Made by a program: the position numbers and the translations under genes
The notes under the pieces: generated by a model
Told to the model about the DNA's origin: nothing
Databases searched by the model: none
What the model saw: the letters and a program-made list of their open reading frames with translations, nothing else
DNA from: Amphiscolops sp. MND2022
Taxonomy: Eukaryota
Reading direction: 5' to 3'
Assembly: GCA_964187785.1 (NCBI GenBank)
Contig: OZ076418.1
Coordinates: forward strand, 61,070,001 to 61,134,000
Length of the DNA: 64,000 bases
In this document: piece by piece, positions 12,157-24,864 of the stretch
Position numbering within the stretch: position 1 is the first letter of the stretch
How the letters are laid out: every line of letters begins with the position of its first letter

Positions 12157-12677
12157 ATAATTTCTATCATTTCATTCATGCTTTTAACATTAATTGAAAG
12201 GAAATTATTTGAAATTGTCAAACGTATGACATTCTTGGTATCTTGGTATGGTTTTCATACTTTATAATGGTCGGCCGTGGAAAATGCAACCAGTCACTTT
12301 TTTTGAGAACTCTTGAAATTGCTACAGTGTTTTCTGAATGCTGTTGTCATTGACAAAATTGTTTTTTGAAGATGTTCTTTCCGCTAATCTTGAAATCGTG
12401 ATGGAAGCATGTGATGAAATCTCAAGTAGTCTTTGGTTTTGTGATACCATATTTCATCAATTCTAGCTGTCCTCTTGAAACTTTGACAAGTGATTGAAAG
12501 AAACATCTGATTGGTTGATTGAAATTTCATTGTATGACTTTCCTGAATAGCTATTGAGTAACACTGAAGCATAGCAAGGAGAAACGATTGACTTCAGAGA
12601 ATTTTGAACTGACTAAAAAGTCATATAAGTGATGTATAAAATAAAATCAACTAAGACATACAATGACCAAGCCAGAG

Positions 12678-13230
12678 AAAAACAAGCCGAGAACGGCCAA
12701 AGTCGGCGCCATATCTAAGGCTCAAAATTTAAAAGGGGGACCCTTCGGGCTTTGTGAAACTCCAGCTGGTTGCAAAAAAGGAAAGAAAATTGAAGGGGAG
12801 CCTTTGGGGACATGAAAAAATTTCCCAAAAAAAAATTTTTAAATGAGATTTTTGAACAGTGTCACAGTGCCGAAAAATGTAAAAGGGGGGACCCTTTGCG
12901 ATTTTTTGACATCCATTGTGTTGCAAAATATCGAAACAAATGAAGGGGGGCCCTCTGGTGCAATCCAAAAAACTTCAAAAAAAGTCGCATAGTGCCGAAA
13001 AAAAGTGGGGCTAAGGTGGGATCTTTAGTGTGTTTTCGAGGTTCTGGACGTCTGTTTTGTTTTTTCTTTTCGTTTTGGGCGCGCTTCTGTGGTTGGAGTT
13101 GTTGAGGTTTGAAGTTGTTGAGGTTTGAGGTTGTTGAACAAATGAACAAAAAAGTGGACCTTTCGTGTCTAAAAAAAACTACCCACTGTAAGAGTCGGGC
13201 ACATTTTCTACTAAAATGCCCCGACTAAAA
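12678..13230 (-). mobile_element. DINE-1/HINE-like element copy (reverse)
   Basis: AACAAGCCGAGAAC...AAGTCGGCGCCATATCTAAGGCTC at left, AGTCGGGC...CCCGACTAAAA at right. Confidence 0.6.
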
Positions 13231-14182
13231 CATATTCAAATCATACAATAGCCCTAGTAAGATCTTTTTATGGACTAAATAGTTTCCATGCGTGCCAAAT
13301 TAGCATAACGTAGTCAATTAACGCTCAGGGTGAAAAATTTGAAGGTTTATCCTTTTTTCAAAAGGTTTGGAAAGGTCAAGGGGGTCAAAGTACTTTTGTC
13401 TCTAGCGTTCCATTAGAATCTAGAAGCTTTGACCAAAACTGGTTCAAAAAACACCATTGCTAAAACTAAGATTCTTCATTTTTCTCGAAAAAAAAAAAGC
13501 AAAAATATAATTGTTTAACTGAAGTGGATATGCAACTTTAAATTGGTGCTAGAAAGAGTCAGCAAATCACCAATGCTCGGTGACTGCGGAGGTTTTGTCT
13601 GACAACCAAACAATGATGTACTTGTGGAAAACAGAGGTCATATTACCAGACCGAGCTAAAGAAACATACACAGAGAGTTTTTTCTACAAACTCATTGTTT
13701 AGACTGTCATTTTCTGTCACATATGTTGTCGATACATCAGTATTGTTGTTTGATACCATAGATTTGAGATGAAGAGCTTATATTACCCTCTCAGTTTTAA
13801 CCTAGCTATTATAACTGTATTCAGAAAAAGAGACACCTGAATCTGAAACTACACCAAGCGACGGTTTAGGAAACTGGACAAGAAAACGTCTCTGAAATAG
13901 TTGTCGAACATGTAGTTCTTCTGCAAGCAACGCTTCCAGAAACTGAACAATGTCCTTACTCTGAGGTTGAGGCTCTCCAATGATGTGGTTTTATGTAACA
14001 CACGTGGCAGGAATCAGATATTCAAGGTGTAAAGACGAAATCAAAGATCTTGCCAAGATATTCAAGATGTCAAGACAAAGCCTAAGATCTTTCCAAGATA
14101 TTCAAGAATTCAAGATTTTCCTAAGATCTTGGCGAGATATTCAAGATGTCGAACGCTGGGTAGAGATCTCAACAGTACTAAC

Positions 14183-14371
14183 ACAATCCGCAAGATTGTC
14201 GGCATCCCACTTTGTAGAACTCGTCGGCGCAGTTGGGTTTGGGGGGCAAAGGAGCCTTGGAGAACTGACCCAACTCCTCGGCTGCGTGTTTGGCTGCATA
14301 CTTATCGTAGAAGGAGGCATCCTTGATGGCCGGACAGATTCTATGGGCGTCCCCACACTCATTTGAACACC
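14183..14371 (-). CDS. Exon 2 of secreted ShK/coiled-coil/TSP1 gene: ShK-like domain with insertion
   Basis: Acceptor gtgctttcag at 14372-14373, donor GTTAGT at 14182; 189 nt, phase 1-1; CSNECGDAHRIC-(34 aa)-CADEFYKVGCRQSCGL, with the terminal T joining GC of exon 3 to give the final Cys. Confidence 0.85.
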
Positions 14372-15482
14372 CTGAAAGCACACTCTTTGAGGAACTAAAA
14401 ATACAGTTTCCGAGAAAACCTTTTGATGGTTCAAGTTTCAAAAAACTCATTTTCCGTATGTAATGGATTTTGTACAATGGCGTTGAATGAATTAAATATA
14501 CTGACAAAAAAATATATATTTCTTTTTAGATATGAACAATACAAAATATTCATTTTTAGTTCCAATGTATTTGTGTTTCGAGCCAATAGATTTTGATTTT
14601 TATTTTAATGTTGAGAAGTATTGCCTGGTTGGAACTGCTTGAACTTTTTACATGCCTTTGTAGGTTACCAAGCTAATTTTCTATGATTTTATAAAATTCT
14701 CAAAGAAACGTCTATGCATTGAAACTTCACTGATTCGATTTAATTTTTCAAGCTGCCTAAAAGATGCATCCTAAATTTGGCGGCAATTATGCGCCGCAAA
14801 GTTTTAAAGGTTTCATTAAGACGCCGCTCTAATTTTGAAAGCAGCTGAGATTTCATTAATTTTATGGCAATTTCAATGCAAATGAACTTCAATCACATTA
14901 CAGATTTTAAAGTAGCACTATATTCAGCCTGCTATTCGACTAACGACGGTGATTACATAAGGTGATTACTTACTTGAGAAACTTACGCGTGAAACCAAAG
15001 TGATCGCGGCGGTGAAGAAGTAGAAATGTTTTCAGTTTTATTTCGAATTGTGGAGGCTGCATTGTAAACCTACAAAATGTTTCCATGCATGCTCCCGGAA
15101 CTTTGCGAGTATTGTAAAACCTTAGCTTGTATGTTTCCAAGCAGCATGTAAAAAAATCAAGCAGTCTAGACTATGGTTGTAAAATACTTCAGGACTGAAA
15201 CTATCCCGTTGCGCAATAAGCATCTTGATGAGTTGATTGAATGCAATTAACTTTTTAACACAATTTTGGTGTCAAAAGTAAACTGGAAAGTAGAAAAATT
15301 GGTTCAAGAAGATTGGTAAAATTATTGATGGTTATAAATACAGTCCAAGACGAGTACAAACAAAAACTTTTCCTCGCACAATATTGGACAATTTACTTAA
15401 TATATTATTTATTAAATAGAAATTTAAAAACTAATTTTTTGAAAAAAAATTAAGAGCAATATTTCACATCCCTGATGGTATC

Positions 15483-16260
15483 TGTTACAACGGATATTAC
15501 CCCTACGCTGTATTAAACATAGTTCGATAAACTAGAATTATAAAAACAAAATAGAATACAATGTCACATTCAGTTCATTCCGGCTTGACCTTTACCGAGT
15601 TTCGGTTAAAAAAACTGTATGTCTAGCCTTCCAGTTTATTGATAAACAAAATTTTTGCTACATACTTAATTAGATACTTCATTACATATTTATGGTATCT
15701 ACGATATAGTCAGTGAACTATAGAGATTCTCTTAACATTTCTTGTAACCTAGAGTTTAGGTTTTGAGAATAGAACATGGCGCAGTCAGCCAATTTTTAAA
15801 ACAAATTGAAAACTGCTTAACAAAACAAAGCCATGACAGAGAAAAACACAGTACCGAACCTAGAATCAAGGGCTTCGGACGGAAATGCAATATTCACACC
15901 GAGACAATAGTTAAAACGATTCCGGCAGTTTACTGAACGGGAACATAAAATAGTTATCGCACCACTAATAAAAGGAGGAGACATCACCGAAGGGACCGAA
16001 AAAAAACAACTTATCTAAGAAAATTTTATCTGGGGAGTGGGACCCGAAGCATTGTACCAAATAACCCGCGCCGAGTATAAAACGGAACCGGATAGTATCA
16101 AGATAAAAGACCTGATCCGGCTCTTTACCGAATACTACTTACCGAAACCAAACACGTACCACAACCGCGTAGATTTTTTGGGCAAAGCAAACGGAGGAGG
16201 AAACACCCGAAGAATTCTGGAGAAGATTGATCGAAATTGAAAAAAAATGTAATTTCAGCA
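15483..16260 (+). mobile_element. Gypsy 5' LTR + PBS + decayed gag start
   Basis: TGTTACA start, ...GAACA followed directly by PBS-like TGGCGCAGTCAGCC at about 15777; downstream frameshifted gag-like text (GPEALYQITRAEYKTEPDSIKIKDLIRLF). Confidence 0.65.
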
Positions 16261-17980
16261 CAATACATTTTCAATCAGTTCTTACATTTTCATCGTTCTG
16301 AAACGGGCACAAAGATGGCTAACTAATCATTAAGTTTTTTGGTTCACAGCTTAAACTCGTTTTGTTTCAAAAAATCCTAATTGATGAGAAAAAAGAGTTA
16401 ACAAGAAATAACGGCCTTATCTGAATCTGCTGGGAGGTTTTTTTGCGAAACACGGAAAACACCGGGAAAAATTTTGTAGAATTTCAATGCAGCTTTTCCC
16501 TTTTTTTCAAGTTGAGCTGAAACTTTGTTTTCACACTTCATTTTCTTGATCATTCAACTAACGTGATTACCATTATCCAAATTGCACGCTGAATATGGCA
16601 GTGAATGTTTGAAAATCCAATTGAACCAGTGAAATTTTATGGCATGGACGTTTCCTTGAGAGCTCTATATAATTATGATAACTTTTCTCAGCACCCTACA
16701 AAACTTGAAACAAGTTCCAGCAGTTTCAGGGATCCATACAATGTGTCTCAGTGTCTCTTTGGTAGAGCTGACAGCTCTTCAGCTAGGTTAGCACTAGTAA
16801 AAAAAGAAAGTTGGGATCATGTGTCGTATCCCCCCCCCCGGGGGGCCGCAGGGGAGAAGTAAGACACAAGGATCAAATACCATCATGTCGACATCGTTTT
16901 CGTTGAAATTTTAGTCAATAAAATACTTGATGTCGACATAATCCTATCCATCGCATTGACTGTCAGTTAAACGTTGCTCTTTAGATTGTATCACGGAGAA
17001 AATTTGCGTGGAAAAAGGGGCCTTTTTATACGATTTTAACTTGTTCCAAGTGTGAATTTCTCCTCTTTCGAAAATATTAACCAAACATTAAGGTATTTTT
17101 TTGCCTGCAGTGTCAAAACAGCTGTAATGATTATCCTTTAAGTATTTACATTGATATAATACCCTCTAAATGGTGAAACATTTTTATTCAGGAACAAAAT
17201 GTGCTCTCGTGCTGGGGGCGGGGGTAATTCTCAACAAGGTGTACCTGGGGGAAATAGAACACATGGTCCGAACGTTGTTGACCTACAGCAGATGTTAAGC
17301 TTCGGCTTAGCTGAGTTCTCTCACTATTTGGTCTCGTTACAATTCAGTTGTTTTTGGGATCTCTCTCTTTATCAAGAGGCTTCAAAACCATTGCAATTGA
17401 GGGTCCTTTTGCCAAACAATTCGAGAGAAAATTTTGAAAACGTTTCAACCGCAATGCCACAGTCTTCCATAAAAACTATATTTTGGGAAAAAACTATCCG
17501 TACTTCAAAACAAATAATAAAACCGAACCAAAAAAAGGAAAAAAAGGAAAAAACGAGGCTAGCACTTTTGAGACAAACAGCAAGTTAGCCAATAAGTTGT
17601 TCAGGGGCCTATGGAAAATTGGGTCGGTTCGTGAAATAGTTTTATTTTTCATCGAGATCAATTCTTGAAACGCCACCACACTAACTTTGTATTTTTCAAA
17701 TGTTTTTAATAAATTTAGACAACATACCAGAATCCATATCCAAAAAATAAAACTCCTATGAGACTATAAAGACAAAGCGTTTTTAATCGAATCTTTCGAA
17801 TGTTGTGTTCATAATTTTAAATAATTATTGTTTTTTCATTGTTAATTCTAATACTCTAATTATTTTTATTTAGACCAAGCAACTTTACACTACCGTTTTT
17901 TTACGAGTGATGATGTTTCTTTTTTTTCGTTTCGAATTCGGAATTAAGGGTGTTTTTTTTAATTTGAAAATTCGACTCAC

Positions 17981-18059
17981 CAGAAACTTTGGCGGACTTC
18001 TGGGCTATAGCATGACCGACAAAACATGATAGAAATACTATGCTGATGAAGTTTGTCAT
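17981..18059 (-). CDS. Exon 1 of secreted ShK/coiled-coil/TSP1 gene: signal peptide
   Basis: ATG at 18059; MTNFISIVFLSCFVGHAIA|QKSAKVS (hydrophobic core, AxA cleavage motif); donor GTGAGT at 17980, phase 1, in frame with exon 2. Confidence 0.75.
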
Positions 18060-18951
18060 CTCAAAACGCTCCACAATTTTTTTCCAAGTATTCTTCACAA
18101 AATATACTAGTTAGAAGACACGTTTTGATCTTGTATAGGAATAATCTGTAAATGACAAAACAAAATTTGTTGGAAAACATGGCAAATCTTGAACACAATT
18201 TGTGATCCTAAATACTGTCAATTAGCGTTGGTCATCGTACCAAACTGACAGTTCAAAGTAGAAAATTGAACACACGTTTTCTAGGGGAACTTAGAAAAAG
18301 AATGAAAGTTGAAATCGGAAGTCTTGTTTTTGATTGATATTTAAAACATAATTATCAGGTCAAGAGTCTAACGTTTTGCCTAGTCAATTGGTTTAGAAGA
18401 TATATAAACATATTTGACATGAGATGAAACTTGAAACAGCATGTAAATACATAAACAAGAATTTGATTAGTAGTTTCTCTTGCTTCGAAAACAGCTTTCA
18501 TTTGTTTGAAAACAACATATAAACAAATGCGCAAGTCGGCAGTAAAACTTAAAATTCAATCTTCTTCAGTTTAGCTACAGAGTCGGATAGTGCCGAACGA
18601 AGCTAAAAATAGACCGAAAGGAAAACATTTGTGAACGGCTTTCTAACTTTTCATAAGCATATTTGGCTTGCTCCCCGAAATGAATAGAAAAATCAGCGCT
18701 TCACTAAAGACTCGAAAAATGCACAGCTTTCTTTCTATTCATGGTTGAATGTTGTTTTTTTTTACATAAAAAGTCTCAATAATCTCACACTGCGGGAAAC
18801 TGTACAAAGATTTAGTACTTCGAGCGCAAAACTATTTTCCCTACTGTTATCCCATGAGTTTTACATCCCATTTTCAAAGTCTGTACAAGCATGCAATTAG
18901 AGTGAGTTCCAGTTTCAAGAACTACTTGTTGTCAGTTATCAGTAATGGAGT

Positions 18952-19397
18952 AAAACAAGCCGGAACCAGGCTAAGTCGGCGGCATATCAAAGTCTCAAAA
19001 GTAGCAGAAGGACTTCAAAAGGCCAAAGTGTTGGTGAATTGGGGACCCTTTTATAATATTTTTTTCGAAAAAAGTTTCACAATGCCGAAAAAAACTAAAA
19101 TATGGACCATTTGGGATTTTTCAACATCCATTCAGTCGCAAATTTCAATGTCTCACATTGCCGAAAAAACTCAAAGGTGGGACCCTTTATTCTCGCCCGG
19201 TATTGTATGCTACGCGGAAAAAAAGTAAAACCTTTTTTGTTCAGTTCTGTGGGCCAACAGGTACATTTTGGCGACACCCTAAAGTTTTGTAGAACTTTTG
19301 GCAGAACTTTTTTGGTAACTTCAAGTGTTTCGAAAAAAAAACACTGACAAAAAGCCATGACTATAGTCGACTCTTTTTTCCAGAAAAGCGCCGACTA
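18952..19397 (-). mobile_element. DINE-1/HINE-like element copy (reverse)
   Basis: AAACAAGCCGG...AAGTCGGCGGCATATC left end; GAAAAGCGCCGACTA right end. Confidence 0.55.
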
Positions 19398-19419
19398 GCA
19401 GACGAAATGTTTAGACACA

Positions 19420-21420
19420 AGGGTTAAAGGTCAAAAAAGTTGGTAGAACAAATCGGCTTGGTAGTTGCTTCGAATTGATAATTGAAAAAAAAGAAGAAAA
19501 GTGTATTTGATTGGAATCATTACAAACGGCAATACATATAAAATGAAATAAAAGAAACCAATTGTGACAGGAAAGTGCCCAGTGGCTAATCAATATTCCT
19601 GCCCTGAAGAACCAAATTCGAAAATTTTGTAGAATATTGTTTCAAAACTATTACCGCCCCCAAGGACTTTGCTTACGTTAGGCACTACTACCAAAAAAAC
19701 TTCATTATCACCCAAATTCCGTTTCAAAGTAATATGCCGAGAGATGCTTGTTATAAACTACAAAATTCAAGGTTATAATTGTCATGAGCTTTTTATATTG
19801 ATAGCTTGATAGTTTCCCCAGATCTATTGCAATCAATTCTGCATCCGTTAATCCTATAAAAGTTGAGACAGCAATTTTCTAAGGATACCCTCTTTACAGC
19901 AGTGCAAATGTATTTCGCCGGCATCAATTTTTTTCAAATTCCTTCGAGTTGTATATATTTTTACGTCATTGGCATTTAATACTATAAAAATGAAAATTTT
20001 AGGAACTTCTATCAGTTTTTTCTTGAGCAAATAACCCACAAGATTCATCGCTGCGCTTTTTCAATTCACAAGGTAATCAATGTGTTGTTAGAAGCGCAAC
20101 GTTTTGTCCACGTAAACACATGAACACTTGGACGCGTTTGAACAAGTAAATTTTTGCCTAAAATAAAATTTTCACTGGGATGACAGCGTCCGAATATGAT
20201 GGCTTGGCTCTTATCTCTGTTTATACCAAGTCTATTCTGACAAAACCACTGCATTAAATTGTCCATTTCTGATTGAATTGAACGAAAATCTTCGCGTTTT
20301 GTACTTTGAACCCAATATTGTTGTATCATTGGCAAACATGGCCATTGTACAACTTCCTACACACAAATTGTTGTCATTAATATACAAGAAATAGGAATGG
20401 ACTCAAAACAGTGCCCTGGGGAGCACTTGACACAATATAGAGGTTCTCCGTATGAATACCGTTATGACTGATGTACTGCCTACGGTATGAAGGATAATCT
20501 CTCAAAAATACCAAAAGTTTCCCCCTGAAGGCATCATCATTCATTTTTTCAAATAAAATATCATGATCCCACGTATCAAAAGTTTTTTGCAAATCAAAAA
20601 AGCAAGCTTGGCATTCTGCTTTCTATCAATTTCAGTCCGAAGGATTTCTGTAACTGCAGCGATAGCATCAACAGAAGACATGTTGTTTCTGGAGTCATAT
20701 TGGATTGGACAAATCAAGTTGTTTTTCTAAGTGAATCGTGACAATGGATTGCGATTGTGCAGATTTTCTCCAACACTTTACTCAAAGAGCTGAAGAGGCT
20801 AATTGGACAATAATTGTAGGATCGTGTTTACCCCTCGTCTTGAACAATCAGTAAATCAGAATGTCATTACTGGTGCCATCCATACCACAGCGTTTCTTGT
20901 TTTCAATACTTCGATGATACTTACAACTTCGAACTCTCCAGTTGGTTCAATAAACAAGGTTCTCTCACAATTAAGGGACAGCGAAAGGTACGCTGTTCGT
21001 GGTAGTCTAGGTGACAATGTTGACAATAGTTACCAACAAATAATTCATTTGTTCTAACTCAGGAAGTTCATTTGGTTGCTGTTCATTGTTTCTGCTGAGT
21101 TTCTAAAGTCCTTTATATTGCTCGTGCAGTAATATTCACGCCAAATTTTCCGAAATTATCTTGTTTCTGAATTTCACAAATCATTGAACAAATTTCTTAT
21201 TGGATGATTACCTCTTTGTTGGCTTTTCAATCCAAGTCTGGAAAAGCTTTTACGTTTTGTACTTGCCTTTTTGATTTTGTTAGTCATCCTACGATTGGAT
21301 GGCTCTTTACCCGAACAGATTCGTAGCGGTGCCAATACATTTATACATCTTCTGAATGAGTTAACAAAGGATTGCACATGAGATTCAGCCAATGCTTTTT
21401 CTGTCAATTTGTTATTTTCC
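19420..21420 (-). mobile_element. CR1/L2-like LINE ORF2 remnant
   Basis: KTFDTWDHDILFEKM...RRQYISHNG...APQGTVLSPFLFLVY and WFCQNRLGINRDKSQAIIF match RT core motifs; many stops. Confidence 0.8.
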
Positions 21421-23269
21421 GCCCATATTTCATATGGGAAAGGAAAATATTTAAATCAAACGGGTTTTTTTTTTTTTTTTTTTTTTACAAAATTTGCCAA
21501 GATTTTATTTATATTTAAATTTAAGGGTGTTACCCATAGAATTCAACCCACATAAATTTAGCTTCGTGCGATATGTATTTGTAGAGATTTTTGAAGTTTT
21601 TTTTAAAAAATGACGAAAATGACCCCTTAATGACAAAATGACCCCTTAATGACAAAAATTCCCAAATTTCTCATTTTTAAACGTTTTATGCAATTTTTGC
21701 CATTTTTTGAGAGACACCGCGAATTAGAAAAATGGACAAGATGAATCGAAGCTTTCTTTTCTTCGAACTTCTCAGCGTTTTTATAGTGCATTAGTTATTC
21801 TTGAGCCTCATTTATGTAGTTGTAGAACAGTTCGGGGCGGAAAATATCCCGCTCCTCAGCGGGCGTCTTGTTTAAATTTTTGATCTAAAAAGCACAGAAA
21901 TGCGTTGTCTCATTTCAGATTATTTTGTTTGTGTTCCAGGTCCTTGTTTGGTTCGAAACTGTTGTTCTATCGATGAATGAAGCAAAACACTAAAATGATC
22001 ACTAATGGAAGTGGGAAGTGTATCAGTGCAAACTACATTTTGAGATATAGTATCGTGTGATCAATGCAACTCTTAGAAGTAAGCGTGACTATTACTCTTA
22101 GAATGTAGCGTGACGTAAACTACTTTGTATCTCAAAATCAAACGCTTTCAAGAGAGCCACTTCTAATTATCCAGATCTTCTAATATACTGTTTCGATATC
22201 GAAGTCACCAAAAAAGAATGTTTCGCCGAGCACAAAGACTTCAAAAATACAATAATTTCTCTACTGTATAATCCTGTTATGTAGAGAAAACTTTTTGTGT
22301 CAATGCCTCTGTCACAGGTTGCCGCCAAACTTTACTAGAGGGAGATAATACCAACTCCCCTCCCGTTGTTCACTCAGTTTGAACCGTATGGACTCTTAGT
22401 CTACGCAGCCTCAATAAAATGTTGCCTCAATCAAAATGAAGTGTTTTATGTTATAATATGTAATTTTGTGTTCGTCATACCAAAAGGTTGCTGTTGTTTC
22501 GTAATATGTTAGAATAGCTGTTTGTAAAATGCAGTAGATTGATACGTAGCGTAAATAATTAGACAGCCATTATATCAGTTTAGTAAACGAGTTCAAAAGA
22601 ATTCTTGCTCTAGCGTGGTGTACTTGCTGTCTTAGTATTATTGTCCAATGAGAGTGCAGTCTTCATTTTTATTTCACTGTACCTGCGCGGACGGAAAGTC
22701 CGCCGCGGTGGAATTAGCACGTGACCTTCACCTTTGCTGTATTTGAATATATTTCTGTAGCTGCACGGACCTGAAGTCCACTACGGTTAAAATATATGCT
22801 TACATGAATTACCGTATTAAAATAACATGTAATGTTGCAGTTTAGATTTTGCATATGGAAATGAAATACCCAGGCAACTTGCTTTACCTTGATTGAAGGG
22901 CTAACCACATAAATTCTCCTTATTTAATGTGATCACAATATAATGACATCACCATGATGTAACCCAGAAAAGAGCTATTTTTGGAAATATAAGTGTTCAA
23001 ATTTAGCTGCATGACACGCATAATTTAGTTAGTCACCCCCAGCTATCTATAAATAGCAGGGATTGTCGGTACTGGGGACGATAACCGACACAAACTCAAT
23101 ACAAGCAAGGGTACTATTACCTACTATGTTACAATTGATTAAAATTTGGACCTTTGTCACTTTGTATAAACTTCACGATTTACATCAAACGTTCTCTATT
23201 TCACTCTTGAAAACGAATACATTCTCAAATGGCTTCAACTACAAAGCGGTAGGCCAAAGAGAGACGCTC

Positions 23270-23790
23270 TAGGCAGTTAGACATAAAGTCTGGTGTAGAA
23301 ATTGTTGATATGATGTTAGGGAGATATTCGAGATGACGAAAGAAATAATCAGAGTGAAGATGAATTGAATTTGGACTCAGGGTCCAGTAGGCCACAACGA
23401 AATTCCAGTTTAGTTGGAGAAAATTTTACGTCACCACTTAATACCAACAGTAGGGAAAACAATGAAATGTCAAAGAAACAAGTAGAATAATTAGCGATGA
23501 AATAGCTAATCAGGTCACGAGGAAACTTAACGACATCAGGACAAGCCTGAATTCTCAGGTTCAGGAGGCAGTTAGTACTGCAATCGCCGAGAAAGTGCGT
23601 CCATCTATCCAAAACACTCTAGAGGAGCAGGGGAGAGGTAATTTCACCAAGGTGGACCAAAAGTCCAGTGGGCTCTAAGGCAGCCTCGGAGCCGTAAATC
23701 CCCAGAAAACTTGAAAAAATCGCCTCAAATCGGGCTTAGCGCGTGAAAATCAGAGACAAACGTCTAGAGAGAGTTTCGTAGTTTCTTATA
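23270..23790 (+). mobile_element. Gypsy LTR end + PBS-like site + decayed gag start
   Basis: TGGTGTAGAAATT at 23291 followed by a degenerate gag-like coiled-coil frame (..EAVSTAIAEKVRPSIQNTL..). Confidence 0.45.
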
Positions 23791-24695
23791 CCGGCAACAA
23801 AATTGCGACAATCTCAGATACTTTTTGTTTGTAAGTCATTTCAGATTGAATGTCTTTTCAGTCGGCCGGTGTTTTTAAGGAGCGAACGCACCCGACAATT
23901 AAGGTGCTGGATTTTTTCAGATCGCGGTTTTTTTTGTCAATTGGACACTGAAAGTCAACTTTGTTGTTCAGTTTGTCGTCATTCGTCAGTGATTTTATAT
24001 CGCCGTGAAGCAAGTTTAATTGGATCCAGGATTTTTCTAATCTAGAGCAACTAACTTTGAACATCAACAAAGCTAGAAACTAGCAAAAGGTGCTCTCTTT
24101 GAGATTTTTTGGCATTGTCCGACAACTATTTTCAATGAAGTTTTCATTTCACCAAAAGATCTTTCTCTGTCTCATGCTTTTACAAAGCCTGTTGTGGTAA
24201 GTGATGTAACCTTAGTCACCTTAATTAGTAAACTACCCTCTAAATGCAGTGAGAAAGTTGATGTGTGAAAAAGATTGAACAAGTCTTTATTCCCTATTCC
24301 CAATCTGCCAAAATGATGTAATGTGACAAAAGATGACAAATTGGCACAACTTAAATTACCGTTAAAGAATACAGTTTTGCTAGTCCTCTTTCGTTTCTTT
24401 AAATTCCAACTTTTGGTTCGTTAGTCGTCAAGATAGTAGTTTCCTTGACACCAGAGCGTTTTTCCAGACACAGGGTGCCCCTTTGGGACTTTTTGATGTC
24501 TGAAACTTGTGCGAATTTACTAAATGCATAGTCATGAGACTTTGCGCTTTTTGAGATTTAAACACGTCGCCTTGTTCTCGAATTGAGACGTCATCGCCAA
24601 CAACAAAGCTCTCACTGACTGATCATTTCTGTTCGACTTTTGTGCGCAACTAACTATTTTTGTTTTTAATTATAGGCGGGATCAAAGAGACTCCC

Positions 24696-24864
24696 TGTTA
24701 CAGGTCGGGTAAAGAACTCAGAAGTAGTGAAAACAGTGAACGTGTGAATACTGTATTTATTGGCGTATCTTGATGTTATGGCAGTAAAGTGAATGTTGCC
24801 ACTTTAGTTAGATTTGGCTGTTGTTAATAACACTCAATGTGAATTTACTGTGTAATGGAAGACA
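24696..24864 (-). repeat. Gypsy 3' LTR
   Basis: Plus-strand TGTTACAGGTCGGGTAAAGAACTCAGAAG...; similar to 29781-29934; right boundary uncertain and no clear PPT seen. Confidence 0.75.

Noticed and set aside
12230-13990. Leu-rich, LRR-looking fragments at about 12.3-12.6 kb and 13.6-14.0 kb (also about 16.7 kb)
   Set aside because: Riddled with stops and no consistent LxxLxLxxN periodicity.
13980-14434. ORFs 13980-14366(+), 14129-14326(+), 14141-14434(-)
   Set aside because: Shadow frames of the ShK exon plus an adjacent CAAGAT-rich repeat.
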